Shown here: positions 1-12,520 of the stretch, piece after piece | How the letters are laid out: each line of letters begins with the position of its first letter | How positions within the stretch are numbered: the first letter of the stretch is position 1 | Assembly (NCBI RefSeq): GCF_006345805.1 | Contig: NC_043007.1 | Coordinates: 9,982,001 to 10,046,000, forward strand | Origin: Octopus sinensis | Lineage: Eukaryota | Direction of reading: 5' to 3' | DNA: 64,000 bases | Translations under genes and position numbers: made by a program | The notes under the pieces: model-generated | The model's input: only the letters and a program-made list of their open reading frames with translations | Told to the model about the DNA's origin: nothing | Databases searched by the model: none

Positions 1-399
1 AACTGTCATGTCATCCAGAAAGATAAGACTGCAAAGGTCTAAAATCATAGATGGACCTAAGAACTTGACTGTTAAAAAGAAACTGTAAAGGGGTTGTAAA
101 GAATTATGAAGAAAAAAAAAACTTTGGAAAGATAAATCTACACATGTTTTCAATTTAATGTGTTTAAAAGAAATGCTGTCTTCCATATACAAATATGTAT
201 GTATACACACACACACACTTTTGCATGTTTGCAATGGGTGGATGGAATTTGTTGAGAAGAATTTTCTACTCCCAGATACCCTCACCTGTTTCGAAGTGAA
301 GTAATAACATGACCAAGAATGTTTCCACAGAAGATTGGAAATGAAGGACATTGACACTTATTTATAACTATCATGCAGTATCAATCAAGGCAAAGATTC

Positions 400-634
400 A
401 GACACACACACACACTCAAACACAGACACACTCAAACACAGACACACACACACACACACTCGCACACATTCACACACGATGGGCTTCCTTCAGTTTCTGT
501 CTACCAAATTCACCCGTGTGTCTTTGGTTAACCCAGGACTGTAGTTGTAGACACTTTGCCCAAGGTGCCGCATTGTAGGACCGAACCGGAAACCTCATGG
601 GTGTAAATTAAGATTTTTAACCACACAGCCATTC
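400..634 (-). mobile_element. Family A SINE, degenerate head half
   Basis: Matches the family A head/central segment (CTTCAGTTTCTGTCTACCAAATTC...CTTTGCCCAAGGTGCC...AACCACACAGCCA) next to a (CA)n tract. Confidence 0.75.
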
Positions 635-904
635 CTATGCTAATATACATTTTTCTTTTTTAATAACAAAATAGAAGAAAAAATACTTTATACAAGTTGT
701 AGAATTAAATATATTTGGTTGATGTTTTTGAATTTCAGTTGCCCTGAAGAAACAAGAATTCATAAAAACTTCAGATAGTTGTATAAACAGCAGCAACAAA
801 GTATACATTTCATACGTAGATGTAGGCCACCTCATGCTAGTATGGACTTCAAAAATGATGATGATGATGATATATATGCTTGCAAGCAAAATAAAATGAA
901 AAGT

Positions 905-1057
905 GGTTGTATGGCGAAGAAGCTTGCTTTCCAATCATGTCATCTTGGGTTCAGTCCCACTGTGCGGTATCTTTGGCAAATATCTTCTGCTATAACTTTG
1001 GGCCCGCCAAAGCCTTGTGAGTGGATTTTGATTGATGGAAATTGGAAAATACCCTTT

Positions 1058-1108
<51 letters not shown>

Positions 1109-1560
1109 GTCTTGGCTTGACTTCATATGATGGTTGTAAATGAGTGCCATCCTCATGCAAACAGTGTCTTTCATTTCTGTGAAAACTCGTGGTCATATTT
1201 CACCTCAACTAGCCCTACTCTCTTCAAACATTGTGCCAGCCCACATAAAGGAGGAAAGTGATTTCATGGCATTCAAACGGTCCCTAGATGATTACCTCCA
1301 ACAAATACCAGACAAACCACCCACACCCGGATATGTCTCTGAGAACAATAACTCTCTGGACAAACGGGTTATGGCGCTCAAGAGCTGACTGTGTATCTCT
1401 TCCAGGTGGTGCTATTAAATTAGACATGGCCGAAACTTATCTAAATAATATGGAAATATTACTTTGCTTGGAAACAGGTAAAGGTTGGAAACAGGAAGGA
1501 CATCCGGCCATAGAAAATTCGCCCTCAACACATCTCATTAAGTGGACATTGAAATGAGGA
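905..1560 (+). mobile_element. Family F SINE (A-type head, different 3' body) interrupted by a CR1/L2 fragment
   Basis: GGGTTCAGTCCCACTG head, (TG)n, then GATGGTTGTAAATGAG...GGAAACAGG...GGAAGGACATCCGGCCATAGAAAAT body, shared with 33848-34215 and 60440-61230. Confidence 0.7.
1200..1448 (+). mobile_element. CR1/L2-type LINE 3' end fragment
   Basis: Translation NIVPAHIKEESDFMAFKRSLDDYLQQIPDKPPTPGYVSENNNSL resembles the ORF2 C-terminus of CR1/L2-group LINEs, followed by a short UTR; it splits the family F copy. Confidence 0.7.
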
Positions 1561-1942
1561 TGATTGGGATATCAATTAGAAAACTGAAAAGTCATTACAA
1601 AGAAGCCTACACTGAGTCTACTGCAGTCTTTGCTGTAAACCATGTGGCACAGACATTTTCTTGTCCCTATCCATCACTGTTAGCACAGCGACGAAGAAAT
1701 AAATGATGGTCTGTTTTTGGAAACCTGTAACCAGCAGCACTGTAGATCATTAACCGCCGTTTAAAATATATATATATATATAAGGTATCGCAGGAAGTGT
1801 AAGTTACAAGTAATATTCATTGACTCGTCCGATAGGGACTCAAGTTTAGTCCCATTGCATGGCACCTTGGGAAAGTGTCTTCTACTATAGCCCAGGGTTA
1901 ACCAATGCTTTGTGAGTGAATTTAGTAGATGAATTTCACCTG

Positions 1943-2125
1943 TGCTGGTACCATGTAAAAAGCACTAAATACACTCAGTTAAGTGGTTGGCATTAGGAAG
2001 GGCATCAAGCTGTAGAAAGCATGCTAAAGCAGACTTAGGACCTGGTGGAGCCCTCTAGCTCCTCTTTTCTTGTCAAACCATCCAACCCATGCCAGCATGG
2101 ACAAAGAGATGCTAAATGATGATGA
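1943..2125 (+). mobile_element. Family C element (RTE 3' UTR-like), degenerate
   Basis: ATGTAAAAAGCAC...GGCATTAGGAAGGGCATC...AACCCATGCCAGCATGG...(GAT)n tail. Confidence 0.75.
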
Positions 2126-2326
2126 AACTCTGAAGAAGTCCATTGTGTGTGTCTGTCTTTGTGTTTATTTTGTATTTGTCCCCCCCTCCCCCAGTATTTT
2201 GTGTTTGTTCCCACCCACCCAGTAGCAGTTTGGCAAAATAGACCCAAGGAATAAGTACTGGGCTCAATTTGTTTGAGGATATCCAACCACAGTCCAATGA
2301 CTGAAACAAGTAAAAGGTTTAAAAAT

Positions 2327-2664
2327 GAGACCCCCTTCGGTCACGACACTGACCATGGGATTGCACCTAGAAAGTTACCCTCCCAGGCACAAGTCCGGGC
2401 AAGGTTGTTTATGGAAGACCAGCAGTCGCCCATGCATACCGGCCTCCCATCTCCACACCACCAGTGTTATCCAAGGGAAAGGCAAAGGCCAATACAGCTT
2501 GGCACCTGTGACGTTGCTTCTCATTTCTACAGCTGAGTGAACTGGAGCAACATGAAATAAAGTGTCTTGCTCATGAACACAACACGCAGCCCGGTCTGGG
2601 ATTCGAGCTCGCAACCCCTTGATTGTAAGCTCGACGCTCTAACCACTGAACCATGCGATTTCAC
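2327..2664 (-). mobile_element. Family D tRNA-derived SINE, full length, 15 bp TSD
   Basis: Minus-strand A box TGGTTCAGTGG and B-box-like GCTCGAATCC; AAAAGGTTTAAAAAT duplicated at 2312-2326 and 2665-2679; homologs at 31182 and 45901. Confidence 0.9.
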
Positions 2665-2941
2665 AAAAGGTTTAAAAATAAAGGTAAAATAATCAACTCC
2701 AAACTCTGAAGCCCCTACCCTTTAGAAGAGAGAGAGGAGAGAAAGAGAGAGAGAACATGTTGGCTATATTTGTTAGATTCTGAATGACAAGTACCAAACT
2801 TCAGTGTACATCACTGATTATATAAAGGTACAGAGAAGACATTTGTTAACTGCTGAAAGATTTTATCAGATGACAATTGAGTAAAAAAACGCTTTTATTA
2901 GAACAGTGCAGTCTTCAGAAAAGAGCTCAGTTGTTTCATAG

Positions 2942-3003
2942 CTGACCTAAATAAATCAGGAACCTGATAATGGCTCCTCTTGAATATTTGAAACATTACC
3001 TGG
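2942..3003 (+). other. Candidate exon with start codon (MAPLEYLKHYL)
   Basis: TTGTTTCATAG acceptor, CTGG|GTAAGT donor, ATG at 2970. No recognisable homology. Confidence 0.25.
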
Positions 3004-3550
3004 GTAAGTTTCTCTCTCGTGACCCAGTCCAGTGTATTATGTTATATATTCAATTAGTGTCGAGCAGGCTCTAGTAACCTCACTCATTCAGCAACTATAC
3101 ACACTCATACACACGCGCGCACGTGCTCACACACACAGACGCATGTTGAAGCACCAGGAAGATAAAAACTAACTACAAAGTTGCAGAGTTCCAACATGAT
3201 CAAACCTCATTGGTTCAAATCAATGAAACCAATACGTACATAGCTATTTGTATGCATGCTGGTGTACGTATCCTCCCACCCACACCATATAAATATATCT
3301 CTTTAAAGTTACCATAAAGCATGTAAACATTATAGCTTCATGTATGCTTTGAGATCCACTGTTCTGAAAAAATTATTTCACGTTCTCTCGAAAGTTTATA
3401 AATTCTTATGATGTCAACTACATATATACATTAATTCATTTTTCATTTGGTGATGTAAATAGGAAAAATAGAACACAAAATTTTGATAAGTGCTAATGAA
3501 TGGAATTCTTGGCCTTTGAGTCACCCTGTAACTTCTGCCGATTATATATA

Positions 3551-3846
3551 TCATCATCATCATCGTTTAACGTCCGTTTTCCGCGCTAGCACGTGTTGGA
3601 CGGTTCGACTGGGGATCTGGGAAGCCAGGAGGCTGCACCAGGCTCCAGTCTGATCTGGCAGTGTTTCTACAGCTGGATGCCCTTCCTAACGCCAACCACT
3701 CCGCGAGTATAGTGGGTGCTTTTTACTTGCCAGGGGAGTCTGGCATCGGCCACGATCGGTTGGTGCTTTTAACGTGCCACCGGCACGGAAGCCAGTCAAG
3801 GCGGCGCTGGTATCGGCCACGTTCGGATGGTGCTTTTTATGTGCCG
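3551..3846 (-). mobile_element. Family C element, young
   Basis: (CAT)n CGTTTAACGTCCGTTTTCC tail, GGATGCCCTTCCTAACGCCAACC core and repeated GGTGCTTTT..GTGCC modules. Confidence 0.9.
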
Positions 3847-4226
3847 TTCTTTTATTTGTTTCGGTCATTTGACTGCAGCCATGCTGGAGCATGCCTTTAG
3901 TTGAACAAATCGACCCCAGGACTTATTCTTTGTAAGCCTAGTTCTTATTCTATCAGTCTCTTTTTGCCGAACCACTAAGTTACGGGATGTAAACACACCA
4001 GCATCGGTTGTCAAGCAATGTTGGGGGGGGGGGCAAATACAGACACACATGCACACATATATATATGACAGGCTTCTTTCAGTTTCCGTCTACCAAATCC
4101 ACTCACAAGGCTTTGGTCAGCCCGAGGCTATAGTAGAAGACACTTGCCCAAGGTGCCATGCAGTGGGACTGAACCTGGAACCATGTGGTTGGTAAGTAAG
4201 CTACTTACCACACAGCCATTTTTGCG

Positions 4227-4229
<3 letters not shown>
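3847..4229 (-). mobile_element. Family A SINE, full length
   Basis: Colinear with 6012-6421, 25428-25817 and 54836-55240. Confidence 0.9.
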
Positions 4230-4273
<44 letters not shown>

Positions 4274-4365
4274 TCTTTTATTATTTTACTTGTTTCAGTC
4301 ATTTCACAGCGGCCATGCTGGGGCACCGCCTTTTAGTCTCAGAAATTAACCCCCTGACTTATTCC

Positions 4366-4868
4366 CACAAAAACTGTTACACGTTCTCGTTCTTCGGACA
4401 AAAACTGTCCAACGAACGGTAACGTGAAACTCTGAGTAACAGTTTTTATGATGTCTTTGCAGCTTTATTGATAAAGCACGTTACTCTACCTGCGGGATTC
4501 GAGTACTATATTTTCCACCTTGTTTCACATTTGTGCTTACTCTGGTATGTATATAAACATAATAAATAACAATAGGGTAATAAGAAATTATTATTACCAG
4601 TAGCCTAGCACTAGTTAGGATATACAAGCAGTTAGTTTTACTTGTGGATCTGGCTGAGTGTATATCTGAAATCCAAAGGCTGTCCCACTGATGAAACTGG
4701 CCTTCAGCGAATATTTTTTTGCTGGAAATAGTTAGAAACCATGGTCTTTGAAATAATTGAGATGGTAAACGTTTTTAATTTTCATTCCTTTCGAGAATTT
4801 ATCCTTATTTGGTGGTTTGAGTCTTCTACTGCTCTTTCTAGCACAAGGTTTTCCTATTTGGAAGCCTC
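4366..4868 (+). mobile_element. Putative Penelope-like non-coding fragment with hammerhead-like motif
   Basis: CTGATGA (4688-4694), hairpin, GAAAC (4735-4739), palindromic ACCATGGT and GTC; abuts (TA)n; 12 bp inverted repeat at 4369-4380/4436-4447. Confidence 0.4.
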
Positions 4869-4872
4869 TTAT

Positions 4873-4904
<32 letters not shown>

Positions 4905-5162
4905 CGTGCTGGTGGCACGTAAAAAGCACCATCCGAGTGTGGCCGTTCATCAGCCTCGTCTGGCACCTGTGTTGGTGGCACATAAAAAGCACCCACTACA
5001 CTCACGGAGTGGTTGGCGTTAGGAAGAGCATCCAGCTGTAGAAACACCGCCAGATCTGACTGGCCTGGTGCAGTCTTCGGGTTTCCCAGACTCCAGTTGA
5101 ACCGTCCAACCCATGCTAGCATGGAAAGCGGACGTTAAACGATGATGATGATGATGATGATA
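4905..5162 (+). mobile_element. Family C element, young
   Basis: GTGGCACGTAAAAAGCACC modules, GGCGTTAGGAAGAGCATCC core, GGACGTTAAAC(GAT)n tail. Confidence 0.9.
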
Positions 5163-5169
5163 TACAAAA

Positions 5170-5364
5170 TGTGACCTCGTGTGTACCGTTGTCGATTTTT
5201 TCCTCTCTGTCTTCCCTTCTCTGGATCTTTCCTTCTCTTATGTTTCCGACGAAGAGCTCCGCTCGAAACGTTAAAATCTCCTTCTTTCCTGAGCGTCCAA
5301 TAATACTATATTTGTTCCACGTCCTCGCGTTGTTGTGTTTTTTTGTGCTTTCTTGTTTGGATTA

Positions 5365-5366
<2 letters not shown>
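5170..5366 (+). mobile_element. Penelope-like pLTR fragment with minimal hammerhead motif
   Basis: Homologous to 48390-48598; contains TTT-CCGACGA-A-GAGC-TCC-GCTC-GAAAC-GTT-AAA at 5243-5275; ends at (TA)n. Confidence 0.6.
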
Positions 5367-5450
<84 letters not shown>

Positions 5451-6011
5451 TATATATATACATACACACACATCCACGCTTATAAATATATATTAATGTG
5501 CATGTGATTGAATGATTCTGCAAAGCTGAGTTTATCTTCTAGTCTTTGTTCAAAATATACTGTCGTTATATACATTGCTTTGCAGCCTTGAACTTGAAGG
5601 CAAGCACAAGTATTGAGATTTTATGTGTTAGCTAGATAAAGCTTGACGCTGAGAGTCACTCTTCTAGGACTTGTACCATAGTGGAACCACCATACCAATG
5701 TCTAGTCAGAATGACTAAAAGCTGAGCACACGTGTATGACGATGGGTGGGTTATCTGTCTTGTGTTATGCCATATAGGGATATAGAGATGCCCAACCAAA
5801 CAGGCGAAAGCCACATAAACATACAAATACAGTGACTGTTTCTGTTGACTATCAAGCCTTTCCATTCTGTCTATTATGCTAGTCTAATCTGCTTGTTGCT
5901 GTATGGTCCTGTATCAGCCCCTGATTGAACAAGCCTTATGGTCAAAGACTCTCTAGTCTTTATTATCTCATTTTTCTTAACACTGTATAACAAACAGGAC
6001 TACATAACAAA

Positions 6012-6421
6012 TACTCTCTTTACTCTTTTACTTGTTTCAGTCATTTGACTGCGGCCATGCTGGAGCACCGCCTTTAGTCGAGCAAATCGACCCCAGGACT
6101 TATTCTTTGTAAGCCCAGTACTGATTCTATCGGTCTCTTTTGCCGAACCGCTAAGTGACGGGGACGTAAACACACCAGCATCGGTTGTCAAGCAATGCTA
6201 GGGGGACAAACACAGACACACAAACATATACATACACTATATATATATACATATATATGACAGGCTTCTTTCAGTTTCCGTCTACCAAATCCACTCACAA
6301 GGTATTGGTCGGCCCGGGGCTATAGCAGAAGACACTTGCCCAAGATGCCACGCAGTGGGACTGAACCCGGAACCATGTGGTTGGTTAGCAAGCTACTTAC
6401 CACACTGCCACTCCTGCGCCT
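6012..6421 (-). mobile_element. Family A tRNA-derived SINE, full length
   Basis: Minus-strand head GGCGCAGGAGTGGCAGTGTGG...GGTTCAGTCCC (A/B boxes), CORE-like CTTGGGCAAGTGTCTT, internal (TA)n, tail GACTGAAACAAGTAAAAGAG. Confidence 0.92.
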
Positions 6422-9400
6422 GTATTCTTTTTCTCTTAAAAAAAAGACTAATATTATTTGTGGGAGATTTGGTTGCTATTTCTAGCAGGTTGAGCGACTG
6501 CTTAGAGACGTCCTATCTTGTTTGTCTGGCCATCGTGCTGTCTGTCAGCTTCCTTGTCCTCTATACGGTGGGATGGTAGCGGCGTTTCGAGACTTAATTA
6601 AACCCAGTGCCACAGACAGTCCAATGTTGTACCCTACTCCCATCCTTTCTCAGAATGCACCCTCCTTCCGACCCTGCGTTATTTTCCTCCTCTATCCCCT
6701 GCTTACCTTAGAGTCTGTCTATATAATAGACATACACACACACTCCTCACTCACTCTCTCTCTCTCTCTGTCGTCACTCCAGACATGCCGGCTTATCATG
6801 TCTATCGCACCTAGCTCTCTTCCGGACCTACTTTTGTGTCTATGTGCAATTATATGTAAGTCTATGTGTGTGTGTGTGCGTGAGTCTGCGCGCACGCGCA
6901 CCCGCGCGATATTACCATGTGTGTTCCTGTGATGGCGAGGGCACGAGTATAGTTACGAGTCTGTTACAATCCCGGTAAATAAGGAATACTCTCTTAGTAA
7001 ATGTGAGTATAAAAAAAAATCTTCTCTGTATGTATAAGTATGTTTGTATGTAATTTATACGCAGTGTGTGCTCGCTTTGGGAGTATGATAGAAGGCTATA
7101 TAAAATTCTGCCAATGTTTATGTCTATGTATATTATTATATATATAGACAGGCGTATTACATGCTGGGAAACAGTCTAGATACTCATGTAAATGAATCAA
7201 AAATAGATTTCTTTAGAGAAAACATAGGAGGTTCTGACAATTGTGTCATTCTTTCTCTCTATGTATGTATATATATATATATAAATGATACAATTTTCGT
7301 CTAATGTCCTGGAATACGAAACGTAAATATAACGCTCACAGCCTAAGCACGTGTTCTTTTTGTTTTGTTGTAGATCTTGTATGATAATATTAAAGAGTTG
7401 TGAATTTCTGTTCTCTGTATTGTGTTGTATTGAATTTTGGATGAATGGAGATCGCGTTTATTTATTTATTTATTTATTTTTCTGGACACTTTCGTATGAA
7501 AGAAAACCAGTGTATGTATGTATGTATGTATGTATGTGTCTGTTACACGCCGAGACACTTTCAACCCCCTATCTCCAATTCCTGTGTCTGTCTCTATCGC
7601 AAATAGAGAGAAAGCAGGAGAGAGACCTCTAAGGTCTTAGTGGAGTGGTGAGGCCGAGGTAAAGACTAGACGGACTTCGTTGTTGTTGTAATAATAATAA
7701 TAATAATAATAATTATTATTATTATTACTATTAATAATGAATTGTAATGTACCGAATAATGTCGACGCCATGTTCCTTGGCCTGTCTTGTGTAATGTCGG
7801 TGTCTGTTCTAAAGGCGGAGAGGATAGGACATTTGCAGGGGCTGTTATAGAAGAGGATGACAAGGACCCTTTGGGTTTAGACAGAGAGGGAGAAGAAGAA
7901 AGAAAGAAAGAAAGACAGGAGGGATGTTTGTGTTGGTTGAAGAAGAGTAGGTTCTGGTGCGCTTTTACGAAGAATTGCTAAGGATGCATGGTGTGTGTAA
8001 TTAGCGGACCGTGGGTCTGTTGGCATTCTAGCCTTACCAACACCATCACCATCACTTCATTATCACACCCTTCATCACTATAACTGATGATGATGATGAT
8101 TGTTATGCTGTTGTTTACTCCTTGGGTTCAAACCAGATCGATAGCCATTCCTACGCCGTGTCTCCATCTCTGTAATTTAGGCTTTCTCTGTGTCTGTCTG
8201 TCTGTCGCCTTTAGCCCCACCCTCCCTCATCAACTGTCCGCCTGTCCACCACAGCCAGACATTGCACCATTGCGACTGCAATGCCTGTTTAATAACTACC
8301 AAATAAATTGAATTGTATTCACACACTCCACCACAGGATGCGTGTTTAAGGATGAATTGTCTAAAGAAGTGTGTGTGTGTATAATATATATGTAGTGTGT
8401 ATTGCTTTTGTTGTATAATAACAGTTCAACTCAAATCGAGTAAACATGTGGTTAAAAATATTCCAAACCGTGACCATCCCGTCTATTTTTGTATGGTAGT
8501 GACTACATTATCCAATTTGTTTTCCTGTTAGACGATAAAATGATTTGAAGGTGATTTGGCTGCTACTTCTAGCTGGTCGAATGACTACGACGAAGGGCTC
8601 CCCCATCAGATCGAGTGTGTTTATATTGTTAAATGAAACTTATTAATTATACATTCCATTTTCGTTTCCAGATATGCTTCTGAGAATCACATACACACAC
8701 ACACACACACACACATTTACTTTGTGGTTATCTACCAACTCTAGATATTTTGGTACCGGGGTATAGTAAAAACGAAAGAAGGGTACCAAGAAATTGTAAA
8801 CTTGTGCACCAACAAAGAATGAATTCACTGTTCTCGAATATCCAGCTGGATGGGCATTGTTGGAGATAGGGGTGTCTAATCTGTCCAATCTATGAACCTG
8901 TATCACGTGTGTTCGTCTGTGTAATGAGGGCTAGATGTACAACTGGTTCTGGCTCGCTTTTTTTCCATATACGTACAGAAAATATATGGAAATTCTATTG
9001 AATGTATCGGGTACTTTTTTACTCTCGTTTGTAAATCCAAACGCAAATGTGTGTGTGTGTGTATATATACGTACGTGCGTATATAGCTATGTATGGTCGA
9101 CCTGTTTTCAATGTGTGAATGAATAATATACGAGCACACATGTGTAGCTATGTATGAGTAATATGTTTGATTCTTTGGGTATATCCTGAAAAAAAAAAAA
9201 TCATTTAATTCTGAAGGCAGTGCTCCAGCATGGCTTTGACTGATGGGCAAAGCAAACTAAAGAATTATCTAATTTTAACTGATATTTCTCCCTATCCTAC
9301 TGTTCTTACCTTTACCTACACACAAATATATATATATGTGTATATATATATATATATTATATGCAGTGGGGGTGCAAAAGTAGGTATACAGCTATGAAAA

Positions 9401-9598
9401 AAATGAAAACACGTACAATACTCATTTATTTTTATCAAAAAAATTAAAAGTTAGCCTCAATTTATGTATTTTCAGTGTCATTAATCATTTATAAATATAT
9501 TTATCATAACTATAATAATACTTTTATCGTAACTTATTTTTTTTTGCTAAAAATTAATGAGGGTAAATTTTTTGAATAACAGTTACTCAAAAAATTTA

Positions 9599-9599
<1 letters not shown>

Positions 9600-9647
<48 letters not shown>

Positions 9648-9778
9648 ATATATATGTATATATATGTGTGTGTGTATATATATGTGTGTGTGTGTATATA
9701 TAGTGTGTGTGTATATATATATGTGTGTGTGTGTATATATGTGTGTGTGTGTATATATGTGTGTGTTGTGTGTGTATA

Positions 9779-9809
<31 letters not shown>

Positions 9810-9912
9810 ATATATATGTGTGTGTGTGTATATATATGTGTGTGTGTATATATATATATGTGTGTGTGTATATATGTGTGTGTATATATATGTGTGTGTG
9901 TGTGTGTGTGTA
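9600..9912. repeat. Compound (TA)n/(TG)n microsatellite
   Basis: Direct reading. Confidence 0.95.
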
Positions 9913-10684
9913 GAGTTGAGCAAAAATCGGGTTTTTTTTTTTGGTTCCCACTATCCCTTATTACAAGTAACTAAAATATAATATATTGGTCATTATGTTA
10001 CGTTGTTAGCATTTAACTATTGTAACGATTGATATCAAACAAAACCAACAACCCTCTCCTCACCCCCAAAGCACACACACACATACACATACACACACAC
10101 ATATCCCTTGTGTTTCAACAAGATATTCTTACAGAAAAAATCAATGTGATTAAAATCTGAAGCCTGGCAACATTTGAGACAAAAGCCAGAAAATGTCGGA
10201 ATTAATTGTTGGTCAGTGTTATTTATTTAGTGACTTGGTCCTAAGTCATATGGCATTTTGTGCGTGCGTGTGTGTGTGTGTGTGTTTAGTATAATGGTAG
10301 TTGTTGTGGTGCTGGTGTCTGGAGGTGAGTGAGCTGTGACGTTCCCATTTTGGAAAATAGGTAAGATAAGCTAGGTGTGAAGAAACACCTATTCTTGAAA
10401 GCTATTTTTCATTCCAACATGGGAATTAACTATAAATGGTTGACTGTTCTTTGTTAGTTTATGTTGGATGAAAAGTATTTGTAATAGTAGTGGCGGCGGC
10501 GGTGGTGGTGGTTATGGCATTGGTGTTGTTAATGGTGGAATGTCGATGTCGGTGGTAATAATAGTAGTGGTCACTGTAGTCTTGAAGTGGTAGTGAAATC
10601 GGGGTGATGGTGGCGGTGTTGCGTGTAGCAGAAGCAGGAATTTCTAATAACGTCATGTTTAGCCCCTGACCAATTTTTGACCGA

Positions 10685-11050
<366 letters not shown>

Positions 11051-11284
11051 TGTATATTTATAGGTATGTGTGTGTATAATATATATATATATATAAAGCG
11101 CTCCAAAGCCATCCGGTTGGTCATGTCTTTTATTCAGGCATCGTGTATGTATTTAATATGACTTTATCCAATGTAGTGTTGCGTATCAACATGCTTAGTA
11201 GATTTAAAGGAAGTTTGGCTGCTATTTCTAGCGTGTCGAGCGAGCATTTAGAGGCTCCTTGTTAAATTTTGTGTTGGTTATTGT

Positions 11285-11480
11285 TGTTGGTGTTTAGCTG
11301 TTGGTCATTTCTGAACGAGCAGAACCATGACCAAAGGCATTCTACGAACTCCCATTCCTGTATTTTCAAGATCAAAAAATATCCAATATCTGCCATTTAT
11401 TTAACACGGTAGGGTGTTGGTTTGAGGGAGATTTGGCTGTTATTTTTAGCAAGTTGAATGACCACGTACAGGCTGCCTCC
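11285..11480. mobile_element. Family G ancient interspersed repeat (representative of about a dozen copies)
   Basis: GTTGTTTAGC...GATCAAAGGCATTC...GAGGGAGATTTGGCTG..ATTTCTAGC motif set recurs near 5895, 6455, 8445, 10655, 11200, 19255, 19520, 20960, 28885, 33325, 47475 and 62575. Confidence 0.7.
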
Positions 11481-12202
11481 TTTGGCCGGTGAAGTGGCGA
11501 TAGTGACAGGAGGTGTGGTACTGTTGTGATGGTAATATTGGTAGTGATCGTTAGGTTAATGGTGGTGGTGGTGATGATGATGGTAGTTGTGTATTTTTAG
11601 CCGACATGCATGGCTGCAGACGTGTATGGTTGTGGATGATGGCTCACCACATGTGTAAATGTGTGTGTTGTACGTAAGTCATACATGCATTTATGTATGT
11701 ATATAAGGTAACATACCATACAATGTGTGTGTGTGTGTACTTCGCGCATCTCTGCTATTTTGTTCAAGTGAGGGTGGAGAGAAAAAGAAGATAGGAAGGA
11801 ATAAAAGAGAGAGAGAGAGAGAGAGAAAATGTGTTGGGGGGGGGGGGAGAAAGCGAGTCTGACGAATGAACGAGGGTAAAATAGAACGAGACTTTTGAGA
11901 CAAAAAAAAAACAAACTCGAGATATAAACAGAATCAGATAAAAAAAAATATAAAGGCAAATATGTTATACGTTTATACATATGAACATACGTGTTCGTTA
12001 TACACACACACACGCGCGCACGCGCATATATATATATATGTTGAGAATATGAATGAGAGAGATGGGGGGTTGGGGTTGGCGGATGATTTAGATAAAGGAA
12101 GATAATTGGACGTAAGCAGATCGATACAGATTGATAGATAGACGAGTAAAAAGGTAGATCGATAGATAAATGGTTAGTTATAACGGAGGAAAACAAAAAA
12201 AG

Positions 12203-12204
<2 letters not shown>

Positions 12205-12244
<40 letters not shown>

Positions 12245-12520
12245 GACAGATCGATAAAAATAGGCTTGGTGGGGTGGGGTGGGGTTAGAGCGGGGGGAAC
12301 AGAGGCACAGAAAAGATAAACAAGTGTGTATGTATGTATGAATGTATGTGTGTGTATATATGTATGTATGTTTATGTATATATGAATGTATGTGTGTGTA
12401 TATATATATGTATGTTTATGTATATATGAATGTGTATGTGTATATATATATGTATGTATATGTATGTGTGTGTATATATGTATGTGTGTGTATATATATA
12501 TGTGTGTGTGTGTGTGAATG
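12205..12520. repeat. Compound (TA)n/(TATG)n microsatellite
   Basis: Direct reading. Confidence 0.9.

Noticed and set aside
280-290. Strong minus-strand donors at about 285 and 28258
   Set aside because: Both lie inside repeat consensus sequence (family F body, RTE ORF end).
3313-3363. 51 nt minus-strand exon candidate (NSGSQSIHEAIMFTCFM)
   Set aside because: Moderate splice sites only; indistinguishable from chance.
6350-6421. tRNA genes at the heads of families A, B, D and V
   Set aside because: A/B boxes are present, but they continue into repeat bodies with tails and TSDs and give no complete cloverleaf; they are SINE heads.
8870-8900. VHRLDRL as an RluA-type pseudouridine synthase motif
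   Set aside because: Followed by DTP rather than TSG, and no other motifs of the family are present.
9363-9390. Mariner-like terminal sequences here and at about 53745-53791
   Set aside because: No matching opposite TIR or TSD could be located in the window, so they were not called as elements.
11597-12196. 199 aa minus-strand ORF
   Set aside because: Built from CT, CA and poly-C/T tracts; low complexity and no domain.
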